Source of the DNA: Candidatus Bipolaricaulota bacterium
GTDB lineage: Bacteria; Patescibacteriota; Patescibacteriia; UBA11705; DATKZF01
Reading direction: 5' to 3'
DNA: 64,000 nt
Assembly: GCA_035528115.1 (NCBI GenBank)
Contig: DATKZF010000003.1
Span: 487,089-551,088 of the forward strand
Under the pieces are notes generated by a model. The model did no database searches and was not told the origin of the DNA. It saw nothing but the letters and a program-made list of their open reading frames with translations. The position numbers were made by a program, and so were the translations under genes. Below, in pieces: positions 1 to 10,818 of this stretch. The first letter of the stretch is position 1. Every line of letters starts with the position of its first letter.

Positions 1-1
1 T

Positions 2-1342
2 ATCGACGACAAGGTTAAGAAAGGACAAATCATGGCTGACGGACCGTCAACGGAAAACGGTGAATTGGCGCTGGGTCAAAACGTCTTGATCGCTTACATG
101 GCCTGGGAAGGCAACAATTACGAAGACGCCATGATCATTTCGGAAAAATTGGTTCACTTCGATAGATTTTCTTCCGTTCATATCGACAATCATATTATTG
201 ATATTCGAGACACCAAGCTCGGACCCGAACAGGTCACCTCGGATATTCCCAATATCAGCGAAGACAAATTAATGAATCTTGACGCCGAAGGCATCGTGCG
301 CGTGGGCGCGGTGGTTTCTTCCGGCGACATTTTGGTCGGAAAAATCACGCCCAAAGGCGAAACCGAATTATCGGCCGAGGAAAAATTGCTGAAAGCCATT
401 TTCGGAGAAAAGGCCAGAGACGTGCGCGACACCTCGCTTCGTTTGGAGCATGGCGAGCACGGCAAAGTGGTGGACGTGAAAATATTTTCTCAGGAAAACG
501 GCGACAAACTGTCTCCGGGAGTACTCAAATCCATTCAGGTTTCCATTGCCAATTTGAGAAAAATTCAGGTCGGCGATAAATTGGCCGGCCGTCACGGCAA
601 CAAAGGCGTCATTTCCAAAATCGTGCCCGTGGAAGACATGCCGTTTAGCGAAGACGGCACGACAATTGACGTTATCTTGACGCCGCTGGGCATTTGCTCC
701 CGTATGAACTTGGGGCAGGTTTTGGAAACCCATTTGGGATTGGCCGCGCAAAAGCTCGGTTATAAAGTGGCCACGCCCGTGTTCAACGGCATTACGGAAA
801 AAACCATCAAAGAAGAATTGGTCAAAGCCGGTTATCCGGAAAGCGGCCAATTGACTTTATATAACGGCAAAACCGGCGAAGCGTTCGAGCATCAGGTGAC
901 GATCGGCATCAATTACATTTTGAAATTGAATCACATGGTGGAAGACAAGATTCACCAAAGATCAATCGGCCCTTACTCGCTGATCACTCAGCAGCCGCTC
1001 GGAGGCAAAGCGCAATTCGGCGGACAAAGATTCGGAGAAATGGAAGTCTGGGCGCTCGAAGCTTATGGCGCGGCGCACACTTTGCAGGAAATTTTGACCA
1101 TTAAATCCGATGACGTTGTGGGCAGAGCCAAAGCTTACGAATCAATTATCAAGGGAGAGCCGATTAAGCGGCTGAACGTGCCCGAATCCTTCAATGTCTT
1201 GGTCAGAGAATTGAAAGGCCTGTGCTTGGATGTCGAATTGCTCAAAGACGGAAAATCCATCGACTTGGAAAAGGAAGAAGAGTTTAGGGACAGAAGCGAG
1301 AGGCATCAACAAGTCGAGACCGCCAAAGAGCCGGTCGAGTAA
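2..1342 (+). CDS. rpoB: DNA-directed RNA polymerase subunit beta, C-terminal portion (5' end lies outside the window)
   Basis: Colinear with the E. coli RpoB C-terminus: [61 protein letters not shown]. The reading frame is open from position 2. Confidence 0.95.
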   Translation: MDDKVKKGQIMADGPSTENGELALGQNVLIAYMAWEGNNYEDAMIISEKLVHFDRFSSVHIDNHIIDIRDTKLGPEQVTSDIPNISEDKLMNLDAEGIVRVGAVVSSGDILVGKITPKGETELSAEEKLLKAIFGEKARDVRDTSLRLEHGEHGKVVDVKIFSQENGDKLSPGVLKSIQVSIANLRKIQVGDKLAGRHGNKGVISKIVPVEDMPFSEDGTTIDVILTPLGICSRMNLGQVLETHLGLAAQKLGYKVATPVFNGITEKTIKEELVKAGYPESGQLTLYNGKTGEAFEHQVTIGINYILKLNHMVEDKIHQRSIGPYSLITQQPLGGKAQFGGQRFGEMEVWALEAYGAAHTLQEILTIKSDDVVGRAKAYESIIKGEPIKRLNVPESFNVLVRELKGLCLDVELLKDGKSIDLEKEEEFRDRSERHQQVETAKEPVE

Positions 1343-1375
1343 TTTAATCTTCATTTAATAATTACTTCTATATTT

Positions 1376-4300
1376 ATGAGCGAAGCATTAAAAATAAGAG
1401 ACTTTGATTCCATAAAGTTGAAGCTCGCCTCTCCGGAAGAAATCAAATCATGGTCTCACGGCGAAGTGACTCGGCCGGAAACCATCAATTACCGAACGCA
1501 AAAACCGGAAAAGGACGGCTTGTTTTGCGAAAAGATTTTTGGTCCCAGTAAAGATTGGGAATGCTATTGCGGCAAATATAAAAAAATCCGTTATCGCGGC
1601 ATTGTTTGCGACAAGTGCGGGGTGGAAGTGACTCGCTCGATTGTCCGCCGAGAAAGAATGGGGCATGTTGAATTGGCCACGCCGGTCACTCATATTTGGT
1701 TTTTGCGCGGTGTGCCGTCAAAAGTCGGTTTACTGCTGGATATGTCCATTCAGAAATTGGAAAAGGTGGTTTATTTCGCCAACTTCATTGTCATTGACGT
1801 TGATGAAGAAGGCAAAAAAGAAGAAATAGAAAATTTGAAAAAAGAATACAAATCAAGGAAAAAAGGCATTGACGGACAATTCAGCCAGCAAGTCAACGCG
1901 GCCAAAAACTCCGCTCAATTAAACGACAAAGAGAAAAAGAAGAAGTTGATTGAACTCAACAAATGGAAAGAAAAAGAATTGGAAGATTTGGAAAGCAATT
2001 TCGAGCAAACACAGAAAGAATTGAAAGATTTGGTGCCTTTGCAAATACTGGCTGAAAGCATGTATCAGGATTTGTCTTTGAAATACGGCCACATTTTCGA
2101 CGCCGGCATTGGCGCCGAGGCCGTCAGAAAGTTATTGCTCAAGGTGGATCTCGATCAGCTGATCAAAAAGCTGGATTCCGAAATTAAAAAAGAAAAAGCG
2201 ACCAAACAGAAAAAATCGATCAATCGCGTCAAGCTTTTGAAGAGTTTGCGCCGCAATAAAATTCAACCCGAATGGATGGTTCTGACCGCGGTGCCGATCA
2301 TTCCTCCGGATTTGCGTCCCATGGTGCCGCTCGATGGCGGACGTTTCGCCACCTCCGATTTGAACGACTTGTACCGTCGAGTGATCAGCAGAAACAATCG
2401 TTTGAAACGTTTGCTGGAACTGCGCGCGCCGGAAGTTATTTGTCGCAATGAAAAAAGAATGTTGCAAGAAGCCGTGGACGCTTTGATAGACAATTCCGCC
2501 AGAAAAACAAAAACCACCACCGCTTCCACCGGCCAGAAAAGAAGTTTGAAATCCATTGCCGATTATTTGAAAGGCAAACAAGGCCGATTCAGGCAAAATC
2601 TTTTGGGTAAAAGAATCGACTATTCCGGCCGAAGCGTTATTGTGGTCGGGCCGAATTTGAAACTTCATCAATGCGGTCTGCCGAAGAAAATGGCCTTGGA
2701 ATTGTTTAAGCCGTTTATCATTTCCAGATTAATCAAACAAGAATACGTTCATAATATCAGAAGCGCCAATCGCTTCATCGAAGCCGATCGTCCCGAAGTC
2801 TGGGATATTTTGGAAGAAGTTGTCTCGGGCGCGCACGTGCTTTTGAACAGAGCGCCGACCTTGCACAGATTGGGCATTCAGGCGTTCCAACCGGTTTTGA
2901 TCGAGGGCAAGGCCATTAAACTGCATCCGCTCGTTTGTTCCGCTTTTAACGCGGACTTTGACGGCGACCAAATGGCCGTGCATGTGCCTCTGACCGAAGA
3001 AGCCAAAAAAGAAGCCAGGGAAAGAATGTTGTCAACGCGCAATCTTTTAAAGCCGGCCACGGGTTTGCCGGTGGCGGTGCCCGCCATGGACATGATCTGG
3101 GGCTGTTATTACCTCACGTCTTTTAAAGACAATGATCATCCGAAAGCTTTCTGCGACACCAAGGAAGCCAAGATCGCGCATGCCTTGGGCAAAATAGGGC
3201 TGCAAGATAAAATTCTGGTCAAGGTCAAAAGCTCGGCTGATTTGGCGGTTAAAATCAAGAATGAAGAAGTGACTGAGACCACGGTGGGCAGAGTCATTTT
3301 CAACGAAATTTTGCCGGACGGATTGCCGTATTATAATGAATTGATCGATAAGAAAAAGTTGGGACAAATTGTCAGCTTGACTTTGGATATTTACGGCTTT
3401 GAGCTGACGGCCGAACTGCTGGATAAAATCAAGGAATTGGGTTTTGATCAATTGACGAAATCAGGATATTCCTGGGGCATGGACGATTTGCCGGATCTTA
3501 TCGGTAAAAAAGAATTGATTACCGAAGGCAACGGCCGAGTCGATGAAGTGCAAATGCAATTTGAAACCGGTCTTTTGACTGAAGATGAAAGATACAGCAA
3601 AGTCATTGAGATTTGGACTGACATCAAAGAGAAAGTGGTCAAACTCAGCCAAAACAGTTTGAATCCCGACGGCCCGGTTTATACCATGATCACTTCAGGT
3701 TCCAGAGGTTCCTGGGGGCAATTGACTCAAATGATGGGCATGAAGGGTTTGGTGACCAATCCATCCGGTCAGATTATCGAATTGCCGGTCAAAGCCAATT
3801 TTAAAGAAGGGTTTACCGTTCTCGAATATTATATTTCCACTCACGGCGCCAGAAAAGGTTTGTCCGATACGGCTCTGCGCACGGCCAATGCCGGTTATTT
3901 GACCAGAAGATTGGTGGACGTTTCCCAAGACGTGATCATCGTTTCCGATGATTGCGGCGATAAAGGCGGCGCTCTGTTCACCAAGGAAGAAAGCGATGTT
4001 ATCGGCCAGAGTTTGGTTGCCAGAATTACGGGCAAATACATCATGGAAGATATCAAAGATCCCAAGACCGGAGAGGTCATAGTCAAAAAGGGCGAGGTCA
4101 TTACTCATGACGTGGCCAGAGAATTGGAAAACATTGAATTGGACAAGGTGAAAGTGAGAACCGTGCTTAGTTGTAAATTGAGCAGAGGCTTGTGCCAAAA
4201 ATGCTACGGCTATGATTTGGCTTATAACAAACCCGTGGATATGGGCACCGCTGTCGGCATTATCGCCGCTCAGAGCATCGGCGAGCCCGGCACTCAGCTG

Positions 4301-5263
4301 ACCATGAGAACTTTCCATACCGGCGGCGTGGCCGGACAGGATATCACTCAAGGTTTGCCTCGAGTTGAAGAAATTTTCGAAGCGCGTCCGCCAAAGAAAA
4401 AAGCTTTGCTCAGCGAAGTGGACGGCGCGGTGACAATCATTGAAAAACCCAGAATCATTCAGGGTCCCAAAGGCGAAATCATCGCTCAGACCGCGTTCGG
4501 CGAAAGAGTGGTGAAAATTTCTTATCAAGATAAAGAAGTTGATACTTATAATTTCAAAGATCCGGCAGCCGTCGAACTGAAAGTCAAAGATGGCGACAAG
4601 GTCAGAGTGGGCGAAGTGCTTTTCTTGTCCGGCAAGAAAAAAGTCAAAGTGGTGCGAGACGGCAAGGTGGAACTCAAAGACAATAAAATCCTGATTTCGA
4701 ATGAGATGGCCAAAGAAAAAGAATACATAATTCCGGCCGGCACCACCCTTTGGATCAAAGACGGGCAAGCGGTCAAAAAAGGAGATCAATTGACCGAAGG
4801 CAGCATCAATTTGGATGAATTGTACGCGCTCAAAGGCAAGCAAGCGGTGCAAGAATACATTTTGAACGAAATTCAATATATTTATTCTTCGCAAGGTCAA
4901 AGATTGAATGACAAACACGTTGAAGTCATTTCCAGGCAAATGTTCTCCAGGGGTTACGTCAAAGATCCGGGAGACACTTATTTGCTGGAAGGCGAGATCG
5001 TGGAAAAAGCGGAATTGGAAGAGGCGAATCAGCAGGTTAGAAAAGGCGGCAAACTGGCTGTCAGCGAGGAAATATTCTTGGGCATTTCCAAGGTTTCGTT
5101 GACCACCAAGAGCTTCTTATCCGCCGCGTCTTTCCAGGAAACGGCCAGAGTGCTGATCAACGCCGCGGTCACGGGCAAGGTTGACCGATTGGAAGGCTTG
5201 AAAGAAAACGTCATCATCGGCAGGTTGATTCCGGCCGGAACAGGTTACGTGAAAAAACCTTAG
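1376..5263 (+). CDS. rpoC: DNA-directed RNA polymerase subunit beta'
   Basis: Contains the [14 protein letters not shown] catalytic motif, [20 protein letters not shown], and a zinc-binding CxxC...CxxC N-terminus. It sits 34 nt downstream of rpoB. Confidence 0.95.
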   Translation: MSEALKIRDFDSIKLKLASPEEIKSWSHGEVTRPETINYRTQKPEKDGLFCEKIFGPSKDWECYCGKYKKIRYRGIVCDKCGVEVTRSIVRRERMGHVELATPVTHIWFLRGVPSKVGLLLDMSIQKLEKVVYFANFIVIDVDEEGKKEEIENLKKEYKSRKKGIDGQFSQQVNAAKNSAQLNDKEKKKKLIELNKWKEKELEDLESNFEQTQKELKDLVPLQILAESMYQDLSLKYGHIFDAGIGAEAVRKLLLKVDLDQLIKKLDSEIKKEKATKQKKSINRVKLLKSLRRNKIQPEWMVLTAVPIIPPDLRPMVPLDGGRFATSDLNDLYRRVISRNNRLKRLLELRAPEVICRNEKRMLQEAVDALIDNSARKTKTTTASTGQKRSLKSIADYLKGKQGRFRQNLLGKRIDYSGRSVIVVGPNLKLHQCGLPKKMALELFKPFIISRLIKQEYVHNIRSANRFIEADRPEVWDILEEVVSGAHVLLNRAPTLHRLGIQAFQPVLIEGKAIKLHPLVCSAFNADFDGDQMAVHVPLTEEAKKEARERMLSTRNLLKPATGLPVAVPAMDMIWGCYYLTSFKDNDHPKAFCDTKEAKIAHALGKIGLQDKILVKVKSSADLAVKIKNEEVTETTVGRVIFNEILPDGLPYYNELIDKKKLGQIVSLTLDIYGFELTAELLDKIKELGFDQLTKSGYSWGMDDLPDLIGKKELITEGNGRVDEVQMQFETGLLTEDERYSKVIEIWTDIKEKVVKLSQNSLNPDGPVYTMITSGSRGSWGQLTQMMGMKGLVTNPSGQIIELPVKANFKEGFTVLEYYISTHGARKGLSDTALRTANAGYLTRRLVDVSQDVIIVSDDCGDKGGALFTKEESDVIGQSLVARITGKYIMEDIKDPKTGEVIVKKGEVITHDVARELENIELDKVKVRTVLSCKLSRGLCQKCYGYDLAYNKPVDMGTAVGIIAAQSIGEPGTQLTMRTFHTGGVAGQDITQGLPRVEEIFEARPPKKKALLSEVDGAVTIIEKPRIIQGPKGEIIAQTAFGERVVKISYQDKEVDTYNFKDPAAVELKVKDGDKVRVGEVLFLSGKKKVKVVRDGKVELKDNKILISNEMAKEKEYIIPAGTTLWIKDGQAVKKGDQLTEGSINLDELYALKGKQAVQEYILNEIQYIYSSQGQRLNDKHVEVISRQMFSRGYVKDPGDTYLLEGEIVEKAELEEANQQVRKGGKLAVSEEIFLGISKVSLTTKSFLSAASFQETARVLINAAVTGKVDRLEGLKENVIIGRLIPAGTGYVKKP

Positions 5264-5269
5264 TGATTT

Positions 5270-5296
5270 CCGGCCGCTAATTCGCGGCCGGTTAAA
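5270..5296 (+). terminator. Hairpin CCGGCCGC-taattc-GCGGCCGG plus T-rich tail after rpoC
   Basis: An 8-bp perfect GC-rich inverted repeat lies directly after the rpoC stop codon. Confidence 0.6.
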
Positions 5297-5332
5297 TTAA
5301 TTCGAGCGGATAATTATTTTTAATTCGAACGT

Positions 5333-7180
5333 ATGAAAAATAACATCGCCAAAAATATTATCATTTTCATCGTGGTGTTTTTCATTATCGCCGCCATCTT
5401 CAGTTTGTACAATATTTCCTCGCAAGAGGTGGAAAATATCGGGGTGTCTCAGCTCATTTCCGAAATAGACAGCGGTCAAGTGAAAACAATAGGCGTGGAA
5501 GGCGATAATATCAATATCGCTTTGCAAGACGGTCATTTGCAGAAGTTGATGAAAGAGCCGACCGAATCTTTCTCGGATATCGTCAATAACTACGCGATTG
5601 ACCCGGCAAAATTATCGGGCATTGACATCCAAGTGGTTGAAGCGGAAGGCTGGGCTTTCTGGGCTTCGGCAATTTTGCCATATCTGCTGCCGTTTTTATT
5701 GATCGTGGCTTTTATTTGGTTCATGATGAGGCAGCTTCAGGGAGCGAACACCAAAGCCATGTCTTTCGGCCAAAGCCAGGCCAGAGAATTCAGCGCTCAA
5801 GGCAAAAACAAAATCACTTTCAAAGACGTGGCCGGAGTTATCGAAGCCAAAATCGAACTGGAGGAAGTGGTGGAATTTTTAAAGCATCCCAAAAAATTTC
5901 TTGATCTGGGAGCGAAGATTCCAAAAGGAGTTTTATTGATGGGCCCTCCGGGCACGGGCAAGACTTTGTTGGCCAGAGCAGTGGCCGGTGAAGCCAATGT
6001 GCCTTTCCTGAGCATTTCCGGATCGGAATTCGTGGAAATGTTCGTGGGCGTGGGAGCGTCGCGCGTTCGAGATTTATTTAAAAAAGCGAAAAAGAGCGCG
6101 CCGTGCATTATTTTCGTGGATGAAATCGACGCGGTGGGACGTCAGCGAGGCGCCGGACTGGGCGGTTCGCACGACGAGAGAGAGCAGACCTTAAATCAAA
6201 TTTTGGTCGAGCTGGACGGCTTTGACGCCAATACCAATGTTATCGTGATGGCCGCCACCAATCGCCCGGATGTTTTGGATCCGGCTTTGCTTCGCCCGGG
6301 CAGATTTGACCGACGGGTCATTCTTGATTTGCCGGACATTAAAGACAGACAGGCTATTTTGAACGTTCATTCCACCGGCAAGCCGTTTGATAAAGATATC
6401 AATTTAAGAAAAATAGCGGAGAGAACTCCGGGCTTTTCAGGCGCTGACTTGGCCAACTTATTAAACGAAGCCGCGATTTTAACGGCGCGACGGGACAAAT
6501 CCCAAATCGGCATGGATGAAGTCTTGGAAAGCATTGAAAAAGTGCTTTTGGGACCGGAAAGAAAAAGTCGGGTGCTCTCTGATGAAGAGAAAAATGTCAC
6601 GGCTTATCATGAGGCCGGACACGCTGTCGTGGCGCATCTTTTGCCCGGCACTGACCCGGTGCAGAAGGTATCCATTATTTCCAGAGGTTCGGCGGCCGGT
6701 TATACTTTGAAATTGCCGACAGCGGATAAAAATCTTCATAAAAGATCGGAATTTATTTCGGACTTGGCCATTTTTTTGGCCGGGCACACGGCTGAGAAAA
6801 TCATTTTCGGCGAGGTGACTACCGGAGCTTCGAATGATTTGCAAAAGGCCACCGAATTGGCGCACGACTTGATCACGCGATTCGGCATGAGCGATCATTT
6901 GGTGCCCAGAATTTACGGAGGAAAAGAAGAATTGGTTTTCTTGGGCAGAGATATCAGGGAGCAAAGAAATTACAGCGAAAAAGTGGCTGAATTGATTGAT
7001 CATGAAATTGACGGTCTGATTTCTGCCGCCATCAAAAGCGCGGAGCGGATTATAAACGACCATAGAGATAAATTGGACAAACTGGTGGCGCATCTTATGG
7101 AAAAGGAAACGATCGAAAGAGAAGAATTCGAAAAATTGATGGGGCCAAAAGAAGCCGTTGAAAACAAACAAGACAAATAA
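5333..7180 (+). CDS. ftsH: ATP-dependent zinc metalloprotease FtsH
   Basis: Two N-terminal TM helices, Walker A GPPGTGKT, a second AAA region and the HEAGHA zinc-binding motif. Confidence 0.95.
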   Translation: MKNNIAKNIIIFIVVFFIIAAIFSLYNISSQEVENIGVSQLISEIDSGQVKTIGVEGDNINIALQDGHLQKLMKEPTESFSDIVNNYAIDPAKLSGIDIQVVEAEGWAFWASAILPYLLPFLLIVAFIWFMMRQLQGANTKAMSFGQSQAREFSAQGKNKITFKDVAGVIEAKIELEEVVEFLKHPKKFLDLGAKIPKGVLLMGPPGTGKTLLARAVAGEANVPFLSISGSEFVEMFVGVGASRVRDLFKKAKKSAPCIIFVDEIDAVGRQRGAGLGGSHDEREQTLNQILVELDGFDANTNVIVMAATNRPDVLDPALLRPGRFDRRVILDLPDIKDRQAILNVHSTGKPFDKDINLRKIAERTPGFSGADLANLLNEAAILTARRDKSQIGMDEVLESIEKVLLGPERKSRVLSDEEKNVTAYHEAGHAVVAHLLPGTDPVQKVSIISRGSAAGYTLKLPTADKNLHKRSEFISDLAIFLAGHTAEKIIFGEVTTGASNDLQKATELAHDLITRFGMSDHLVPRIYGGKEELVFLGRDIREQRNYSEKVAELIDHEIDGLISAAIKSAERIINDHRDKLDKLVAHLMEKETIEREEFEKLMGPKEAVENKQDK

Positions 7181-7183
7181 TAG

Positions 7184-7211
7184 AAAAAGGCCGCTGACTT
7201 GGCGGCCTTTT
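7184..7211 (+). terminator. Hairpin AAAAAGGCCGC-tgacttg-GCGGCCTTTT after ftsH
   Basis: Perfect inverted repeat followed by a T run. It overlaps the 5' end of the ORF-track call 7199..8017, which argues for the downstream ATG at 7220 as the true start. Confidence 0.65.
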
Positions 7212-7219
7212 CAATTGAC

Positions 7220-8017
7220 ATGAAAAGAATCAAAGCCTTAATAATGATGCTGGCGCTATGCGTTGGCCTGGGCGCCTGCTCGGTTCAGGTGACTAACGAA
7301 GACGTTTCGACGGATTTTGACGCCAAGATAATCAAGACGGTCGAGTTCGAAGATTGGCGGGAAATCGAGCCCGGTTTGGCGATCAAACAATATTTGTTTG
7401 ATGACAAAATCACCATGACCGCGCTGAAATATTTCGGCGACAATTTCGACTGGGCGATCGCGCAAGATGTTGAGTCGCCCAAAACCGTGGCTGATTGGCA
7501 AAAAGCGCTAAAGGCCAAGGTCGCGATCAACGGGGGCTATTTCGACGAAAACAACGGTTCTACCGGCTATTTGTTGATTGACGGCCAAGAATACGGGAGA
7601 CCGAGCCGTGACGGGCAAAACGGCTATACGGGCATGCTGACCATAAAGGACGGTCGGCCGAGTTTGCGTTATTTGCCTGAAAATAATTACGCCGAAAACG
7701 AAAAATCGGATTTCGCCTTGCAGACTTTTCCCACGCTGATCAATAACGGCTCGAGCTTGATTGCCGTCGATAGTGGTAAAACCGCCAGACGACAGGTCTT
7801 GGCGCAAAACAAGAACGGAGAATTTTTCATCATCGCGGTCGAAGGTTTTGTCAGTCTGTATGAATTGGCCGATTGGCTGGCGAACTCGGAATTGGATTTG
7901 TCCATCGCTATCAATCTTGATGGCGGGCCTTCGGTCGGTTTGAGCGTTTATGTTGATGATTTCAATTATAATCTGGAATCGGCTTTCGTGCCCAACATTA
8001 TTTTCGCGACAAATTGA
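7220..8017 (+). CDS. Lipoprotein of the phosphodiester glycosidase (DUF2233, NAGPA-like) family
   Basis: Signal peptide with lipobox LGAC; the INGGYF and NLDGGPSVG motifs are typical of the DUF2233 phosphodiester glycosidase family. Confidence 0.6.
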   Translation: MKRIKALIMMLALCVGLGACSVQVTNEDVSTDFDAKIIKTVEFEDWREIEPGLAIKQYLFDDKITMTALKYFGDNFDWAIAQDVESPKTVADWQKALKAKVAINGGYFDENNGSTGYLLIDGQEYGRPSRDGQNGYTGMLTIKDGRPSLRYLPENNYAENEKSDFALQTFPTLINNGSSLIAVDSGKTARRQVLAQNKNGEFFIIAVEGFVSLYELADWLANSELDLSIAINLDGGPSVGLSVYVDDFNYNLESAFVPNIIFATN

Positions 8018-8059
8018 TTCGCTTGTTAATAACTATTTTTTTTAAAGCAAAACTTTTGA

Positions 8060-8091
8060 TATAATAAAATTAACTTGACGTCAAGTTAATT
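8060..8091 (+). promoter_or_regulatory. TATAAT -10 element (8060-8065) immediately followed by a perfect 24-bp palindrome AATTAACTTGAC|GTCAAGTTAATT (8068-8091)
   Basis: Read directly from the sequence; located about 45 nt upstream of the 8133 gene start. Candidate operator overlapping the transcription start. Confidence 0.45.
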
Positions 8092-8132
8092 TTAAAATTT
8101 GAATAAAAACAAAAAATTAAATAAAAATAAAT

Positions 8133-9209
8133 ATGCCATTGTACAGAATCATATTAAGGAGAGCTTGGCAGATCAGTTGGAAAAGAAAGTGGCTCTGGTT
8201 TTTGGGTTTTTTTGCCGCGTTTTTAAGCAATGAAACCATCTATGAATCGATTATTTCCGGTTTTAACAGTCGGTTTTCCGGCCAGAGTTTTTCATTATTG
8301 ACCAAGAATTTTTTCGGCCAAGGAATCTTCGATATTTTTAATGTCAGCTTTTTGAAAACGTGGTGGACTTCCGGAGCGACCGGGTTTACTTATTTGTTGC
8401 TTTTGACCGTGGCCTTTGTTTCGCTTCTGTTGTTTTTCATTTTCATTTCGGTGATTTCCCAAGCCGGTTTGATCAAAGCGGCCATTGCCAGCGACGTTAA
8501 GCAGCCATACGGATTGAAACGAGCGCTCAGAGACGGTATTGATCATTTTTGGCCGGTGTTGGGCTTGAACATCGTGACCAAAGGGGCGTTGTTCGGGATT
8601 TTGGCCGTGATCGCTTACGGGGTTAGCTTGTTGATCAAGGTTTGCTCCATAAATGCCATAGATTATATCTTGACGGCATTGTTTGTTTTGATTCTGGTTT
8701 TCGGTTCGCTTTTAATTTATTATTTGACCATTTACGGCACCGCCTTTATCGTTTTGCGCGGAAAAAAGATTTTTTCCAGCATCAAGCTGTCTTGGAGTTT
8801 GTTTTTTAATAATTTTTTGATCAACTTGGAAATGGCTTTGATCCTGTTTTGCTCCGTGGTGATCTTGTCCATTCTTTTAATCGCCGCGCTGTTTATTTTA
8901 AGCGCGCCGTTGATACTTTTGACCTTGCTTCTCGGCGTGGCCGCGGCCGCCAAGGGAGTTATCGTCATTGCCGCGCTCTGGGTGGTTTTGGTGGTGTTGA
9001 TGGTCTTTTTCTTCGGCTCATGGTATTCGACTTTTCAGATTTCTTGCTGGGCCATATTATTCGAGGAGCTGGCTTTGAAAAGAGGCAGATCGAAAATAGC
9101 CAGAATATTCGATTCAATGAAAAATTTGGTTAAAAAAACTCCGGCGAAGAAAAGAAAACCGGTTGTCAAACCTTTGGCCAGACGGACATATAATAGAAAG
9201 AAAAAATAA
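8133..9209 (+). CDS. Polytopic integral membrane protein (8 or more TM helices) with a basic K/R-rich C-terminal tail; function unknown
   Basis: Hydrophobic-helix periodicity throughout; the C-terminus is KKTPAKKRKPVVKPLARRTYNRKKK. Confidence 0.5.
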   Translation: MPLYRIILRRAWQISWKRKWLWFLGFFAAFLSNETIYESIISGFNSRFSGQSFSLLTKNFFGQGIFDIFNVSFLKTWWTSGATGFTYLLLLTVAFVSLLLFFIFISVISQAGLIKAAIASDVKQPYGLKRALRDGIDHFWPVLGLNIVTKGALFGILAVIAYGVSLLIKVCSINAIDYILTALFVLILVFGSLLIYYLTIYGTAFIVLRGKKIFSSIKLSWSLFFNNFLINLEMALILFCSVVILSILLIAALFILSAPLILLTLLLGVAAAAKGVIVIAALWVVLVVLMVFFFGSWYSTFQISCWAILFEELALKRGRSKIARIFDSMKNLVKKTPAKKRKPVVKPLARRTYNRKKK

Positions 9210-9222
9210 AATATTCAATAAA

Positions 9223-9247
9223 AAAAGGGCTTTGGCCCTTTTTTGTT
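9223..9247 (+). terminator. Hairpin AAGGGC-tttg-GCCCTT plus T run
   Basis: Inverted repeat followed by TTTTTTGTTTTT after the membrane protein gene. Confidence 0.55.
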
Positions 9248-9287
9248 TTTAAAAATCCTTGGAATTTTTTTATGGGAAAAAATGCGG

Positions 9288-9314
9288 AGAGCGGAAAGGC
9301 AAGCTTTCCGCTCT
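9288..9314. repeat. AGAGCGGAAAG-loop-CTTTCCGCTCT hairpin; first member of a dispersed hairpin family
   Basis: 11-bp perfect stem. Related copies are at 12812-12833, 12943-12965 and 32327-32359. Confidence 0.6.
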
Positions 9315-9372
9315 TTATGTCCTTTGTTTTTTCGACTGTGCTGTATACGACAGAGGAATTTAAATAACGGCA

Positions 9373-10509
9373 TTATTTTTTTCGCCAGAGAGTGATTACT
9401 CGCTCAATATGCTGGCCGGGTCGAAAATACTCCCAGGTATTCAGGCGGTCAAATGAATTTTTAAGCTCAGCCGAGATATTGACGTTGAAAATTCTTTCTT
9501 TGGTTTTAATTTTGGGAAAAATAAAGACGATGAACGCGCCGGGCGCCAAAATATTATTCAATGAATCGAATGCTTTCAAATATAAATTTTTTAATTCCTT
9601 GATCATCAGGAGTATTTCACTTTCTTTTTCCTTGCCGTACAGCGGCTTGCCCAAAAAAGGCTCGGTAATCACGGCGTCCGGAATGAAGGGCAGATCCTTT
9701 TTGGTCGCGATTGAAGCGTCCAATCTTTCGATAATGATTTGGGAAGATATATTGAATTTCAGTTTCAACCAATCAATGTTTTTTTCGCACTTTTTCAAGG
9801 TCTCCGAATTGATGTCGCTGCCGATGATTTTTTTTACGCCGGACAAAGCCGCTTGTTGCAAGATCGTGCCGAAGCCGCAAAACGGATCCCAAATCGATTC
9901 AGGTTTGACCGGCAATAAATTGACGGCCATCTGCGCGACTTTCGGGGGCAACATGCCAATTTTGGCATCGAATTCCGGCCGGCCGAAATCAAGTCGGTTC
10001 CATCTTTCAAAATCTTGAACGGCCGCGGAGCGGCCGAGCAAGAAATCGGTTCCGTCAAAGAAAACACACAGCTCGACGCCGTCTTCAATCAGTTTGTTTT
10101 TGGCCACGCTGACCGATGACAAAGCGTTGCCCACGGCTCGCACAAAACGGCAAGGCCTGTTTTCTTTGATCAGTTTTTTGATTTCTATGCCGAGCTTATA
10201 AAGCTTCAGATATTTTCCCGTGTAATCGCTCAAGCCGAAAACCATTTTATTTTTTGATGATAAATCTTCTATCAAGACGGCGAGTTTGGCCGGCTCGAGC
10301 TTTTTTTCTCGGTCGATTATTTCACCGAATTTCACGCAGCCGCCCAAACTCTCGAAAAGCGGTCGGTCGATCTTTTTTTGAGACGACAAAATCAGCGTGT
10401 CATTTTTTTCTGAGACAAGTTCGGTTTTTATCGCAGCCTTGGCCAGAACGCTCGCCAGCTCGGCTTTTGAAATCGCCGGAGTTTTTCCAAAGATGAAGAA
10501 ATATTCCAT
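9373..10509 (-). CDS. SAM-dependent RNA methyltransferase (UPF0020/Trm11-like putative N2-guanine methyltransferase with a THUMP-like N-terminal region)
   Basis: Motif I DPFCGFGT and an NPPY-like TEPFLGKP motif. The likely start is MEYFFIFG, preceded by TATAAT; the track's longer ORF would start inside that promoter. Confidence 0.6.
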   Translation of the reverse strand: MEYFFIFGKTPAISKAELASVLAKAAIKTELVSEKNDTLILSSQKKIDRPLFESLGGCVKFGEIIDREKKLEPAKLAVLIEDLSSKNKMVFGLSDYTGKYLKLYKLGIEIKKLIKENRPCRFVRAVGNALSSVSVAKNKLIEDGVELCVFFDGTDFLLGRSAAVQDFERWNRLDFGRPEFDAKIGMLPPKVAQMAVNLLPVKPESIWDPFCGFGTILQQAALSGVKKIIGSDINSETLKKCEKNIDWLKLKFNISSQIIIERLDASIATKKDLPFIPDAVITEPFLGKPLYGKEKESEILLMIKELKNLYLKAFDSLNNILAPGAFIVFIFPKIKTKERIFNVNISAELKNSFDRLNTWEYFRPGQHIERVITLWRKK

Positions 10510-10768
10510 ACTTTTTTCGATTATATAAAAGACTGCGCCATTGCCGTTGAGCACTTAAAATGTGTACCCAATACATTGAGCATTGAGTTGAGGAGAGAGA
10601 TTTTAGGGCCTCTGCATGACGTTACATGCCTTGACCCAAACATTTTTAATGCTGTATTGGTGAATGACGCAGTCTTTTATGGGTGATTTCAGCTTTTATT
10701 CTAACATTATGAAAAAAGTCGCGCAAGTTGATGCCAAAAAAGGCATTGAAATGACCTTGGCGATTGAT

Positions 10769-10797
10769 TGACAGAAACGTTGAAAATTGTTAAACTT
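10769..10797 (+). promoter_or_regulatory. Sigma-70-like promoter for infB: TTGACA, 17-nt spacer, TAAACT
   Basis: Read directly from the AT-rich intergenic region, 20-45 nt upstream of the infB ATG. Confidence 0.45.
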
Positions 10798-10818
10798 ATT
10801 TATGTTATTCAATAAAAT

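Noticed and set aside
1800-2300. K/E-rich coiled-coil segment in rpoC as a lineage-specific insertion
   Set aside because: It corresponds in position to the normal beta' coiled-coil/clamp region present in E. coli (between the zinc-binding N-terminus and [20 protein letters not shown]) and is only modestly longer; not clearly an insertion.
3695-4939. 414-aa minus-strand ORF antisense to rpoC, plus many other 60-180-aa antisense ORFs inside rpoC, ftsH, infB, leuS and uvrA
   Set aside because: They lie entirely within well-supported conserved genes on the opposite strand and have low-complexity composition with no start or RBS context; they are shadow ORFs.
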